Positions 43,813 through 54,565 of a stretch of DNA of 64,000 nucleotides are shown piece by piece (within the stretch, counting starts at the first letter, position 1; every line of letters begins with the position of its first letter). The stretch is from Escherichia coli. Its GTDB lineage: Bacteria > Pseudomonadota > Gammaproteobacteria > Enterobacterales > Enterobacteriaceae. The stretch lies in the NCBI RefSeq assembly GCF_002854065.1, contig NZ_CP024147.1. One strand, written 5' to 3'. The notes under the pieces were generated by a model. That model was not told the DNA's origin. It made no database searches and saw nothing but the letters and a program-made list of their open reading frames with translations. The position numbers and the translations under genes are program-made.

Positions 43813-45570
43813 TTACTTCGCCATTTCTTCCAGCAGGTCAATACCAACCGGCTCTTCGCTCTGTAGCGCTGTTAATGCAATACGCTTTGCATACTGCTCT
43901 TCCACATCAGAGATGAGAGGCAGCTCGCGGTTAGCTCTGGTCTTCAGGAAAGGTGAAGACGGCTCAGCAGCTGCCAGGCTGTTATTCACAACCCATGCCC
44001 ACGGCTCAATGCCAGCCCGACGCAGATCCTGCTGCAGGTTAGCGGCTTCCAGTACAGGTGTCGTTTCGGCAAGCGTCACGATAATCACCTTCGTCTTCTC
44101 CGGGTCCTGCAATTGCATCATTGGCGTCATCACATGGTCATGTGTTTGCCCCATCTGGCGCACCATTTCCCGGTGATAGGCTCCAGTCGCATCCAGTAGC
44201 AGAAGTGTGTGACCCGTTGGCGCGGTGTCCATAATGACAAAATGATCGTCTGCCTCTTTGATTATCCGCGAGAATGCCTGGAAGACGGCGATCTCTTCAG
44301 TACATGGTGAGCGGAGATCTTCTTCCAGCACCGCCAGCCCCTCAGCGTCTAATCCTTTGCCCTGATTCTCCAGTACAAAACGGCGATAACGCTCTGTCTC
44401 CACCTTCGGATCGATACGGCTGACCTGCAGATTTGGCAGCGAGCCATCCAGCGTGTAAGACAGATGTGCTGCCGGATCGGACGTGGTCAGATGGACTTTA
44501 TGACCGCGTTTTGCCAGCGATACCGCGACCGATGCTGCAACAGTCGTTTTGCCCACGCCGCCTTTCCCCATCGTCATTACCAGCCCTTTGCCTGTCAGAC
44601 TGAGTTCATCCACTAACGAGGAAAGTTTCGGTAAATCCAGAGCATTTAGCGTTGTATTGGAGAGAGACAGTGGCGCTTTGCTCTCTGTTAATAACTCTCG
44701 CAGGGCTTCCAGACCGACCAGATTAAATGGCTTCAGAGACAGCTGCGAGCGGGGAAGATTAACCAGATTATCAGGCATTGCCTGTAATGCTTTTTCTTCC
44801 CGAGCCAGAATACTTTGCGCCAGTGGATCATTTTCACCGGCAAACGGTGGCAGCACACCATTAATGGCAAGGTGTTGATGCTGCAAACCAATAGCAGAAA
44901 GCTCATCGTGCGTATGAGAAACCTCTTTCAGCGTTGAAGCCTGAGCTCGGGCAACCAGCACTAAGCGTGTGAGAGCTGCGTCGGACAGCGCTTTAACCGC
45001 ATCGGAGTACTGGTGCTGTTGTTTCTCAAGCCCTACCAGAGGTCCAAGGTTTGCAGCGGCATCAGGGTTCGCTTCGAGATAACCGCTCCAGGCTCCCGGC
45101 AATTCAAGCATGCGGATGGTGTGACCGGTTGGCGCGGTATCAAATACGATATGGTCATATTTTCCCCGCAGCTCATGATTGGTCAGCAGACCAGTAAACT
45201 CATCAAACGCAGCGATTTCCGTGGTGCATGAGCCGGAAAGCTGCTCTTCAATGCTGCTGACCACATCGGCTGGCATCAGCCCGCGAACAGGGTCGAGCAC
45301 ACGGTCACGATAGGCTTGCGCTGCAGCCATCGGATCAACTTCCATCGCGGCAAGATTTTCTACAGTACTGATATCTGTGATTCGGTGGCCGATAGTCTGG
45401 CTAAATACCTGGCCGACATTGGAAGCCGGATCGGTACTCACCAGAAGCGTTCTCTTACCCTGATCGGCCAGCCATACTGCAGTAGCACAGGCCAGGGATG
45501 TCTTACCCACTCCACCTTTACCAGTGAAGAAGATGAACGGGGGAATGTCTTTTAAAAATGGCATATTCAT
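43813..45570 (-). CDS. arsA: second arsenite pump ATPase ArsA paralogue
   Basis: Start [25 protein letters not shown]; duplicated P-loops and DTAPTGH motifs; diverged from the copy at 38174. Confidence 0.85.
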   Translation of the reverse strand: MNMPFLKDIPPFIFFTGKGGVGKTSLACATAVWLADQGKRTLLVSTDPASNVGQVFSQTIGHRITDISTVENLAAMEVDPMAAAQAYRDRVLDPVRGLMPADVVSSIEEQLSGSCTTEIAAFDEFTGLLTNHELRGKYDHIVFDTAPTGHTIRMLELPGAWSGYLEANPDAAANLGPLVGLEKQQHQYSDAVKALSDAALTRLVLVARAQASTLKEVSHTHDELSAIGLQHQHLAINGVLPPFAGENDPLAQSILAREEKALQAMPDNLVNLPRSQLSLKPFNLVGLEALRELLTESKAPLSLSNTTLNALDLPKLSSLVDELSLTGKGLVMTMGKGGVGKTTVAASVAVSLAKRGHKVHLTTSDPAAHLSYTLDGSLPNLQVSRIDPKVETERYRRFVLENQGKGLDAEGLAVLEEDLRSPCTEEIAVFQAFSRIIKEADDHFVIMDTAPTGHTLLLLDATGAYHREMVRQMGQTHDHVMTPMMQLQDPEKTKVIIVTLAETTPVLEAANLQQDLRRAGIEPWAWVVNNSLAAAEPSSPFLKTRANRELPLISDVEEQYAKRIALTALQSEEPVGIDLLEEMAK

Positions 45571-45590
45571 CAGTGATAGCTCCTCTGGAA

Positions 45591-45953
45591 TTAAGGCATA
45601 CGTGGAATGCTGCAGCAACGCGGTTGCGTACTGTCTTCACTCCAGTCCTGAGTTAGCGGAATATCTGCCCAACGGGCGATATCTTCACGAGTCGGCAGTT
45701 TGCCTGCCATCACCAGCTTGCCGTCGAGCAAGGTGACAGGGAGGGATTCCATCCCTGATGTGTTCATAAACTCTTTGATTACAGGGGTATTCAGGAACTG
45801 CTGCGGGTTTTTCGCAAGGCTGTAGCGCTGAATATCAACGCCATTCTTTTTCGCCCATTCGGCGCTGGCATTCCATTTGACGGCTTCGTCGCTCACCACA
45901 ACGCTGCTGGTTGCGCAGCAGCCTGCTGCTTCAAAGATCTCAATTTTTGACAT
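45591..45953 (-). CDS. arsD: divergent ArsD-like metallochaperone
   Basis: 120 aa; vicinal Cys pair (AAGCCATS) at the ArsD Cys12/13 position but lacks Cys18; C-terminal CC. Confidence 0.7.
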   Translation of the reverse strand: MSKIEIFEAAGCCATSSVVVSDEAVKWNASAEWAKKNGVDIQRYSLAKNPQQFLNTPVIKEFMNTSGMESLPVTLLDGKLVMAGKLPTREDIARWADIPLTQDWSEDSTQPRCCSIPRMP

Positions 45954-46028
45954 GGATTGTTTACCTCAGTGTTTAGTCATTTGGCTTTACACTGAGGTAA
46001 ACGAAGGTGGTGGGAAAAAGATGCGCGA

Positions 46029-46586
46029 TTAATTCATTTTTTTGTGGCAGCAGACAAAAGATGTGTCATCCGCCTCAATCTGGCAGAGTTCTGTCATCGT
46101 CTCTTTCAGGTGTTTTCTGGCCCGAAGTAGTCGGGATTTAAACGCTGTAAGCGTGATTCCCCATTCATCGGCCAGGGACTGCTGGGGACGCCGGTTAAGG
46201 TCGGACTCTTCAATCAACCACCGCTCATCTTCGGGTAAAGCCTGTAATGTTTCAGGCAGGCAAATATCCAGTGTTGAGATTGCATCAAGGGATGCGTCTG
46301 TTAATAGGGCATCTTCTTCCAGCTCAACAAACGCCCTGGTGGTTCGGTACTCATCAATCAGCAGATTCCTTGCTACCCGATACAACCAGGCTCGCGGATT
46401 TTCCATCTCACAAAAAATGTCTGAATGGGCTCGGGCACGCAGGAAAAGGTCTTGCAGAAGGTCTGCTGCTTTTTCGCTATCGCCTGTCTTCGATATCAGA
46501 AAGCGAGAAAATTCGCCTTCATGCTGCCGCCAGAACACGCTCATACAGCTGTTGAATGCTGTTATGTCACTCATACTAACCTTCAA
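46029..46586 (-). CDS. sigma-70 family (ECF-like) RNA polymerase sigma factor with Cys-rich C-terminal tail
   Basis: Region 2-like [13 protein letters not shown]...[15 protein letters not shown] and region 4-like HTH; C-terminus [16 protein letters not shown]. Confidence 0.6.
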   Translation of the reverse strand: MKVSMSDITAFNSCMSVFWRQHEGEFSRFLISKTGDSEKAADLLQDLFLRARAHSDIFCEMENPRAWLYRVARNLLIDEYRTTRAFVELEEDALLTDASLDAISTLDICLPETLQALPEDERWLIEESDLNRRPQQSLADEWGITLTAFKSRLLRARKHLKETMTELCQIEADDTSFVCCHKKMN

Positions 46587-47293
46587 ATTTTGCTCTGATT
46601 AACCCGTCGGGAAAGTTCTTCTGCAGACTCTTTTCGTTCACTGTAGCGATCGACAAGATAGGCAGAATTTGCCCGGGTCAACAATGTAAACTTCATCAAT
46701 TCTTCCATCACATCCACGATGCGGTCGTAATATGGTGACGGTTTCATACGTCCATCGTCATCAAACTCCTGCCAGGCTTTTGCTACCGAGGACTGGTTCG
46801 GAATAGTGATCATTCTCATCCAACGACCAAGCACGCGCATCTGGTTGACTGTGTTGAATGACTGGGAACCTCCACACACTTGCATAACAGCCAGAGTTTT
46901 TCCCTGAGAAGGACGAACAGCACCTTCAGATAATGGTATCCAGTCAATTTGTGCCTTCATAATACCAGTCATCGCTCCGTGTCGTTCCGGAGAGCACCAC
47001 ACCATTCCTTCAGACCAGCGGACCAGTTCACGCAACTCCATAACTTTTGGATGTGACTCCGGTGCATCATCAGGAAGTGGAAGGCCAGATGGATTAAAAA
47101 TGCGGACTTCTGCGCCCATCGCAGTTAACAACCGACCAGCTTCCTCTGTCGCCAGTCGACTGTATGAGCGCTCACGAACTGAGCCATAAAGCATTAGTAT
47201 ACGAGGGGGGTGAGATATTGTCGGTATCCCCATTTTTTGCTCAGTTATTGCAGCATCAAATAAATCAGGAACTATATTATTTAGCTTATTCAT
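46583..47293 (-). CDS. arsH: ArsH, NADPH-dependent FMN reductase family
   Basis: 236 aa with [12 protein letters not shown] flavodoxin-like motif. Confidence 0.85.
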   Translation of the reverse strand: MNKLNNIVPDLFDAAITEQKMGIPTISHPPRILMLYGSVRERSYSRLATEEAGRLLTAMGAEVRIFNPSGLPLPDDAPESHPKVMELRELVRWSEGMVWCSPERHGAMTGIMKAQIDWIPLSEGAVRPSQGKTLAVMQVCGGSQSFNTVNQMRVLGRWMRMITIPNQSSVAKAWQEFDDDGRMKPSPYYDRIVDVMEELMKFTLLTRANSAYLVDRYSERKESAEELSRRVNQSKI

Positions 47294-47391
47294 TTTTTAT
47301 TTTCCCTATAGATTCGGGATCTTAGTAGGATGGATTCAGACGGTTCGATGCAGCTTTCGTCAATCATGACAGTTATGAGTTTTTCGGTTAC

Positions 47392-47715
47392 TTATCCATT
47401 TTTGCCAGCGGGTTCCGTAACATCTGTTTTACTGTTTACACAGCACTCTTCACGTAAGAATTCGATGATAGCTTCCAGTATTTCGTATTGAGAGACGCAC
47501 ATGAGCGTTCGACTCTCCCGGTTTTGTGTGACGAGTCCTACTGATACTAAGGCTGAAATATGATGACTTAACGTTGATGAGGGAATGCCAAGCTGCTTTT
47601 GCAATTCACCTACAGGCAAACCTTGTTCTCCAGCTTTTACAAGATGTTTGAATATGAACAAACGGGTCGGGTGACCCAGCTCTTTTAGTGCTTTAGCTAC
47701 TTCTTCCAATTGCAT
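47392..47715 (-). CDS. arsR: ArsR/SmtB-family repressor (second ars regulator) with C-terminal vicinal cysteines
   Basis: 107 aa, HTH LPVGELQKQLGIPSSTLSHHISAL, C-terminal EECCVN. Confidence 0.75.
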   Translation of the reverse strand: MQLEEVAKALKELGHPTRLFIFKHLVKAGEQGLPVGELQKQLGIPSSTLSHHISALVSVGLVTQNRESRTLMCVSQYEILEAIIEFLREECCVNSKTDVTEPAGKNG

Positions 47716-47820
47716 GTGACAACCCTCTGTCTAATGATATTTCGATAATACCAGAAATATCTTGACCAGAATTATATTTCGATTATTCTAGAAATGTAGA
47801 TTTTGTCAAGAGGGTTTAGT

Positions 47821-48954
47821 ATGAATAGTTGGATTTCTATGCTGCAAGATGCCGCAGAGATGTTTTTGTTTTTGGCCGTCGAGCTATCTTTGCTGTTTAT
47901 TGTCATCAGTGCCGGTGTGAGCCTGATAAGGCAAAAGGTCCCGGACCATAAAATCCAGCAATTGTTGGGGGCGAAAAAAGGAAAAGGCTACCTGCTGGCC
48001 TCGTTGTTGGGAGCCGTTACCCCTTTCTGTAGTTGCTCAACAATTCCAATGCTACGAGGGTTGTTGTCGGCGAAAGCAGGGTTTGGTCCGACACTCACTT
48101 TTTTGTTTGTTTCACCGTTGCTTAATCCCATTATCGTGGGGTTAATGTGGGTTACCTTTGGCTGGAAAGTAACTTTGTTGTACGCGATCATCGCTGCCGG
48201 TGTCTCAGTCCTTGCCAGTATCGTATTGGATTTACTAGGATTTGAACGTCATATTGTTGATCACAAAAACTCAGCATCAAGTGGTTGCGCCACCAAATGT
48301 GATGATTCCGAAGCTTCGGTAAAAACGTCGGCGGGTTCCAGTTGTTGCAGCACTAGCTCGACTCAATTGCCTGTAAAAACGAGTTGCTGTACTTCATCAG
48401 CGAACCCCATAATTAACTTAAGGACGGTAAAGAACGAGCAGAACGTATCAACGTGTTGTTCATCAATATCATCTGAACAACCAGCTGTTAGCTGTTGCAG
48501 CAGCGAGAATCTGGGCAATGTGAATCTCACACCGAATACCACCTCTGGCCCAATAAAGTTAGCTATGAAAGATGCCTTACAGCAGTTTAAGGATGTTCTG
48601 CCTTATCTTTTGTTAGGTGTATTAATAGGTTCATTTATTTATGGCTTTATCCCTTCAGAGTGGATTGCAGCTCATGCCGGAGCAGATAATCCCTTAGCCA
48701 TACCGCTGAGTGCAGTTGTTGGTATTCCGTTGTATATACGCGCAGAGGCAGTGATACCACTTGCATCAGTGCTGATGACTAAAGGAATGGGCCTGGGGGC
48801 ATTAATGGCCTTGATAATCGGTAGTGCTGGAGCGAGTTTGACAGAAGTAATACTGCTTAAATCAATGTTCAGAATGCCTATGATAGTCGCTTTTCTGACA
48901 GTTATCTTAGGTATGGCAATTCTAATGGGTTATCTGACTCAATTCTTGTTTTAA
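47821..48954 (+). CDS. arsP: ArsP-type permease with extended Cys/Ser-rich loop
   Basis: TPFCSCS motif in TM region; ATG at 47821 after GAGGG; large S/T/C loop with four CC doublets. Confidence 0.75.
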   Translation: MNSWISMLQDAAEMFLFLAVELSLLFIVISAGVSLIRQKVPDHKIQQLLGAKKGKGYLLASLLGAVTPFCSCSTIPMLRGLLSAKAGFGPTLTFLFVSPLLNPIIVGLMWVTFGWKVTLLYAIIAAGVSVLASIVLDLLGFERHIVDHKNSASSGCATKCDDSEASVKTSAGSSCCSTSSTQLPVKTSCCTSSANPIINLRTVKNEQNVSTCCSSISSEQPAVSCCSSENLGNVNLTPNTTSGPIKLAMKDALQQFKDVLPYLLLGVLIGSFIYGFIPSEWIAAHAGADNPLAIPLSAVVGIPLYIRAEAVIPLASVLMTKGMGLGALMALIIGSAGASLTEVILLKSMFRMPMIVAFLTVILGMAILMGYLTQFLF

Positions 48955-49412
48955 AGCATTACAACAAGGGTCTTCTGCCTCAAGATCGAAGACCCTTCAG
49001 TTTCACTAGCAGATTGCCAGTTCTAGTAGCCAATTAAGAGAGGAGTGGATTGTTCTTTGGGTATTCGCAAACCCAGCAACGGTAAAATCAGGACTGACCC
49101 AAAAATTCAACGAGAATCCACCCCTTTAAATCTTTGATCCCTTCCCGGAAGCAGTATACGGCATATCTGAGTTAATCGTTTCTATTGGAGCTTCAGGGAA
49201 GCGACTCTTAATAGAAATCTGTTAATACTGTCCAAAACTGATTCCCTTTATCCCGAGCTGAACCGTAACAAAACCATCTCTCTTTGAGATCTCACATACT
49301 CAACGAACATAAGCCATTGCTGCTACATACAATTTTACGAAGCATATCACCTTAGTTGATCATGAAATCCATCCTGAATACAGATTGATTTTTATACTAT
49401 ATTAAGTGAGAT

Positions 49413-50756
49413 ATGATCTTCTTTAGAGTTGAGCTAAAAGGAGTCGAGGCGATGGCCAGGATAATCCAATCAGCCGGTATCAATCATGGTGCAACAGCAA
49501 AAATAATTTCCGATTCAATAGATTATAACTCCGGCATACATATTGCAGGATTACCAACGCTATATAATAAAGATGGTCATTTTGTAGAAATTGTAAATTT
49601 GTGGTTTTTGGATTTGATAACCGTTAAGAGGCTAGAGGATATTAGTTCTTCAGCCAGAGCAATTCTTCGTTACTGGTCTTTTCTAGAACGAGAAGAGCTT
49701 ACATGGAGTCATTTTCCTCCAGTGAAACGCCTGAAACCCACATACCTTTTCCGTAGCAACGACTTGTTAAAAGCAGTTAAAGAGGGAAGACTGGCGTACT
49801 CAACTGCAAATACTTATATGGGACATTTAGTTCAGTTTTACATCTGGGCAATTGAAAATCATCATCTTGTCATATCAAGTGAAAAAGAAGCTCCCTTTAC
49901 TATTGAGTTTGTTAAGCGTAACAATAGAGGCCTGCTGGCACATCTTCGCCCAATGATCAGTGTGCAAACGAGCGATTTACGTATCCGCGTTCCTAAAGTT
50001 ACAAACGCCGAGATCCAGTCATTAACTCCTTTAACTCAAGATCATCTTTCCTTACTATCATTCAACTTAAGCCATCAATCTGTTGAATTTATGTTGATGA
50101 CTTTACTGGCCTGTAAAAGTGGTTTGAGACTTCGTGAAGCATGTAGCCTCACAATTGAGGCTTTATCTCAAGCTTTGCCCGCCAACGAATTAAAGCTACG
50201 CTATATGATCAACATTTGGCCCCACAATGGTGTTGATACAAAATTTAGAAAAAAAAGAAATATTGAAGTCCCCTGGCCTCTACTAAACGCATTACAACGC
50301 TACTCGCTGTCAGAAAGAAGGCAAAAAAGACTTTCAAAATTACAGACAAAAATAGCCATTCCCTCAATTTCGGAAAAGATTAAAGAATCCCACAATAAAG
50401 CATCTCGATTCGAACCTCTTTTTATCAGTCAGCAAGGAAATTGTATCCAGCCCGAAGTTCTAAATGCAAGGTGGGTTGCATTTAGAAATGAACTTGCCAA
50501 AAAAGAACCTAGTTTTCGTTATCGTTTCCACGACCTCCGATGTACCTATGCCACATACAGACTTCAAGACCTGCTGGATAGCAATCTCTCAGAAGGGGAT
50601 GCCCTAGACTGTCTTATGGGATGGATGGGACACAATAACGAAAGAACCACATTTAAATATATCCGCTACTTGAAGAAAAACGAGATGCTCAAGTGTGCTT
50701 TTTCGCTATTAGACTCAGTGATGGATAATGCAATAAGGGATAATTTAAATGACTGA
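49413..50756 (+). CDS. tyrosine site-specific recombinase (first of trio)
   Basis: R...HxxR...H...Y signature: LRLREACSL, FHDLRCTYATY, GHNNERTTFKYIRY. Confidence 0.8.
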   Translation: MIFFRVELKGVEAMARIIQSAGINHGATAKIISDSIDYNSGIHIAGLPTLYNKDGHFVEIVNLWFLDLITVKRLEDISSSARAILRYWSFLEREELTWSHFPPVKRLKPTYLFRSNDLLKAVKEGRLAYSTANTYMGHLVQFYIWAIENHHLVISSEKEAPFTIEFVKRNNRGLLAHLRPMISVQTSDLRIRVPKVTNAEIQSLTPLTQDHLSLLSFNLSHQSVEFMLMTLLACKSGLRLREACSLTIEALSQALPANELKLRYMINIWPHNGVDTKFRKKRNIEVPWPLLNALQRYSLSERRQKRLSKLQTKIAIPSISEKIKESHNKASRFEPLFISQQGNCIQPEVLNARWVAFRNELAKKEPSFRYRFHDLRCTYATYRLQDLLDSNLSEGDALDCLMGWMGHNNERTTFKYIRYLKKNEMLKCAFSLLDSVMDNAIRDNLND

Positions 50757-52472
50757 TAAAATCCCTCAATCCAGACTCGGCCATGAAATACTACTGGAGG
50801 TTACAGATGGTGGAAATCGTTCTAAAACACTAGATTTCAATCGCTACAACTATTTATACTTCCCCACTCGAAATAAAATAAATAGAGGTCACAGTACATT
50901 TCAAGATAGATCAGTCAGCGCTGAATCGTTATATGTAGCATTCAGAGATTCAGACTACTCATCAGCCACAAAATATTATCTTTTTGAATACCTCAGGCAA
51001 TATATTGTATTTTGCGACAAGTGTCACCATCCCATTTTCACTAATGAATCCGTGCAGGCCTACTGTGATCTCCTTATTTATAAAAATAAATCAGGAATTA
51101 TTTTGAATAGTACTTATACTGCTATCATTAGTGCCACAAAACGCTTATTCGTTATGCTTGACTTACCTGGGCGGTGGTTTGATGAATTACCAACCTTAGG
51201 AAAGTCACAGGCACAGCCCTATAAGGCCTATAGTGACAATGATTTAAAAAAACTACTCCCTTTACTGAGGATATTTTTCAAGCAAATTTCCAATAAGTTC
51301 CTACAAGACCCCGCTTTGTATCTTTCTCAAGGTAAGAATGAAACTGATATGTTTTTCAGGTGGAATGGTAAAATATATGCAGTATATGGTAGTGTCGGGC
51401 AACTAATGGCTTCTGCTGTATATCTACTGTCTTACTATACATGGGCAAACACAAATACATTACTTTCTCTTGAAAGACCAGACATATGTGAAAGTAATGT
51501 AAATGGAGAATGGTACCAAATGCCAGCATTTAAGCGCCGGGCATTTAGAGTCATCACTATTCAGATCGGTGCCCACGACCAGATCAACATTCCAAAGTAT
51601 TCAATGGAATTTTTCAACCAACTTCTAAAAGTCTCAAAAGCTATTTCAGTTGAAAGTAACTTACTTTTTCAGTCCGGTTCATGTAATCGCATCACCCCAT
51701 TATCAGCGGTCCACTTACAAAATTTCAACAGTTTTCTCAAAAAGAACTTTAGATTAACTGATGATAAAGGACTTAGCTATCACCTGTAATATCGAGATTT
51801 CGTGCTACTGGTAGTCAATTTACGCAATTGCATTACTCTCATACACATAGTGCATCGCTATTAGGAAATTCACCGAAAACAACTCGCAAGCATTATTCAG
51901 AAGGGAATGAATACCAAAATCAGTCAATGCTCCAGGACTCTGTCTCTGTTTTTGCAGACAAGGCGGTAAATGGCGGGAATATAGAGACGTCTAAAAAAAG
52001 AATAAAAAGTGAACTTAATGTTGAGATTTTAACATATGAAAGTATGCTTAAAATGAAATCTCCACCAATGCGACAGGCCCACGGCAGTTACTGTAAAGAT
52101 CCATTCGGGGAGCAGGCTAAAAAGTTCTTGCTACGCGCCCAACGTCACGATTTGCTTTCTACAGAAAAATTTGCTTGCTCAGATCTACTGATGTGTTTTT
52201 CCTGTCCTCATCAAGTTGTGATAGCTGAACCTACTGATATTTGGTGTTTGCTGAGTTTTAAAGAATGCATAGAAGAGAGTATTTACAAGCATGTCAATCA
52301 CACTCATTTCCATAATAACTATGACTCTGTGTTGTCGGCAATTGAAAAAATTTTAATGAGTATTGATAAAAAAATACTTTCAAGTGCAACTCAAAAATTT
52401 CTCGATGAGGGTCCTCACCCTTTATGGAGAGACCAGTCATTTCTATATCCATATAGCAATAAGGATACATGA
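50749..52472 (+). pseudogene. tyrosine recombinase (second of trio) interrupted by a frameshift within the catalytic region
   Basis: ORF 50749-51789 ends ...DDKGLSYHL-stop; the overlapping frame continues ...LSPVISRFRATGSQFTQLHYSHTHSASLLGNSPKTTRKHY, carrying the box II and Tyr motifs; frames overlap only in 51777-51789. Confidence 0.6.
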
Positions 52473-54271
52473 TGAAAAAAGATACATTAAAAATTTATTT
52501 ACCCGATAGTGTAAATGAGAATCAGTGTCCTGAGGCTTGTGATGTAATATTTCTTCATAGAAGGCAATGCTGGGGGGAGTTAAATGACATTCCTATTTGC
52601 ATTGATAATAAGGGGAATGTAGTCGCCAGGTTTGGCGATATCATATGGAATTTGGAGCCTCTGGTCGTAACTAAAAATGCAACACATAGGCAAATTAATT
52701 TCTCAGTACTAAAGTCCCATCCATCTCTCTTATATGAGATGAAACTCATTTGCTACGGTTGGCTGTTCACAAAGAACATGCAATACAGTTTACCGACTAA
52801 AATATCAACAATCATCGGAAGAGCATCGGGTCTGAAGATGAGTTATAAATATCTGATGTCAAATTCCCTGGATAGTATTTCTCGTATATGCGAACCTGAA
52901 ATATGGGGGAAATATCTGAACTTTCTTGAAGAACAAAAAAAGAGCGCAGGGACTTTAGTTCATATACTGTGTTCCCTTCAGCAAGCCTATCTACTATTTC
53001 CATGGATGGGACTTGATTACCGAGAAATTAAATTCAGCCCTACGAATTTAAGTAAAAAAATATGTCGAGATGAAGCAATTGAGAGAGCACAAACCCTGGC
53101 TATACCGGAAGATATCGCAGATAAATTATTACACTTTGCAGTAAACCTCGTAGATACCGCATGGCAATACAGGGAGCAACTGGGTGAAACAGAACGACGC
53201 ATTCAGGAAAACTATAAGTTAGGAGAACAGGCGGTTCAAAACAAAATAATATCGGGCCAATGGAAGTGGCTAACGACTGAAGAAGGTACCCCTGCTTTTA
53301 GACACCATTTTGCCAAAGAAGCGGCCCGCTTCTTCCCCTTTAACCCAGCTGAAATCATATCTGAACTTCTCACTGACTACCCTGATCGCCCGACAGATGC
53401 TAATGGTTCCTGGTGGCATTTACAGCGAGGCAATCTTACATCAGCCTGTTTTGTTTGCTGTGCTGCATTCTCAGGTATGCGGGAAAGTGAACTTTATGAG
53501 CTAACATCTGAGAGTTATTACAATGCTGTTTACAGCGGCAGAACCTTTCATTTTCTAAAAGGCAAGACTCATAAAATGGGGGAAAGGCATACTGAGTGGG
53601 TTGTTGCCCCTATCGTTCAAAAAGCAGTCGAAGTTATGAGTGCCTTAACGAAACACTTAAGAGAGTATTTGCTACAAGATGCTTCAACTGCACGGGATAA
53701 AGAACTCGCGCAATGCCTTTGGCTTTCCCAGGGGCAGCGCTCAACTCAACCCAAAAGAATATCATGCTGGGCCCTACGCCTCACAAATTTCTCCAAATAC
53801 TCTGGTGCAATCGTTTCTGAAAAAGATTACGCAGAATGCCTTCGTTCCAACCCGAATAGTCAGGAAAAGATTAAAAATCATGTTCACATTGGAAAACACT
53901 GGGCGCTTTCCCCTCATCAGTTCAGAAGGACTCTTGCCTTTTTTACAATAAAAAATAGATTGGGAAATGCGATAGCCATCAAACAGCAATTCAAGCACCT
54001 CTATCTCCAGATGTCTGAGTGGTATTGCGAAGGTGGTATCCCTTCGCGCCTGGATGAAGTCGAGGCCGACAAAGAATTGCAGAAAATGATAGATACAGTA
54101 AGCAATGAGCAAATTACCCAAAAATACTGGTCATGGTTTCATGGTACCGAAACACTTTCAGGGAGTCATGGCAAAGATATTCTGAAGCTCAGGGATGATT
54201 TGCCAATCATGTTTAGAAGTTGGGAGAAATTATACAAATTGGTGAAAGATAAAAGGATCACGCTACACTGA
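52469..54271 (+). CDS. tyrosine site-specific recombinase (third of trio)
   Basis: 600 aa; FSGMRESELYEL, SPHQFRRTLAFF (HxxR), C-terminal KHLYLQMSEWY; 4-nt overlap with preceding gene. Confidence 0.75.
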   Translation: MMKKDTLKIYLPDSVNENQCPEACDVIFLHRRQCWGELNDIPICIDNKGNVVARFGDIIWNLEPLVVTKNATHRQINFSVLKSHPSLLYEMKLICYGWLFTKNMQYSLPTKISTIIGRASGLKMSYKYLMSNSLDSISRICEPEIWGKYLNFLEEQKKSAGTLVHILCSLQQAYLLFPWMGLDYREIKFSPTNLSKKICRDEAIERAQTLAIPEDIADKLLHFAVNLVDTAWQYREQLGETERRIQENYKLGEQAVQNKIISGQWKWLTTEEGTPAFRHHFAKEAARFFPFNPAEIISELLTDYPDRPTDANGSWWHLQRGNLTSACFVCCAAFSGMRESELYELTSESYYNAVYSGRTFHFLKGKTHKMGERHTEWVVAPIVQKAVEVMSALTKHLREYLLQDASTARDKELAQCLWLSQGQRSTQPKRISCWALRLTNFSKYSGAIVSEKDYAECLRSNPNSQEKIKNHVHIGKHWALSPHQFRRTLAFFTIKNRLGNAIAIKQQFKHLYLQMSEWYCEGGIPSRLDEVEADKELQKMIDTVSNEQITQKYWSWFHGTETLSGSHGKDILKLRDDLPIMFRSWEKLYKLVKDKRITLH

Positions 54272-54310
54272 ACTCTGCATAGTTATTGTAAGAACGGATA
54301 TGATTGTGAG

Positions 54311-54565
54311 ATGGAAGGGGTCATTAACCCAGCATTTTGTATAGATTGTAGTACAAATGGTAGTATTATTGATGGCGAACAAGCTGCCTGGTGGAAAAGC
54401 AAACATAATGCACTGATCTTATATTTGAGTGAAAACGCAGAGATATCTACTGCTGTTTATATTCACTGCCTAACACAAATTCATGCAGCTGAGAAGGTAA
54501 TGTCTGATTTTTCAATAGAATACATTCCATTTCAGCCCGAAATAGAGATCAGAACAGATGAGTAA
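54311..54565 (+). CDS. small hypothetical protein downstream of recombinase trio
   Basis: 84-aa ORF, 8-nt overlap with next ORF. Confidence 0.4.
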   Translation: MEGVINPAFCIDCSTNGSIIDGEQAAWWKSKHNALILYLSENAEISTAVYIHCLTQIHAAEKVMSDFSIEYIPFQPEIEIRTDE

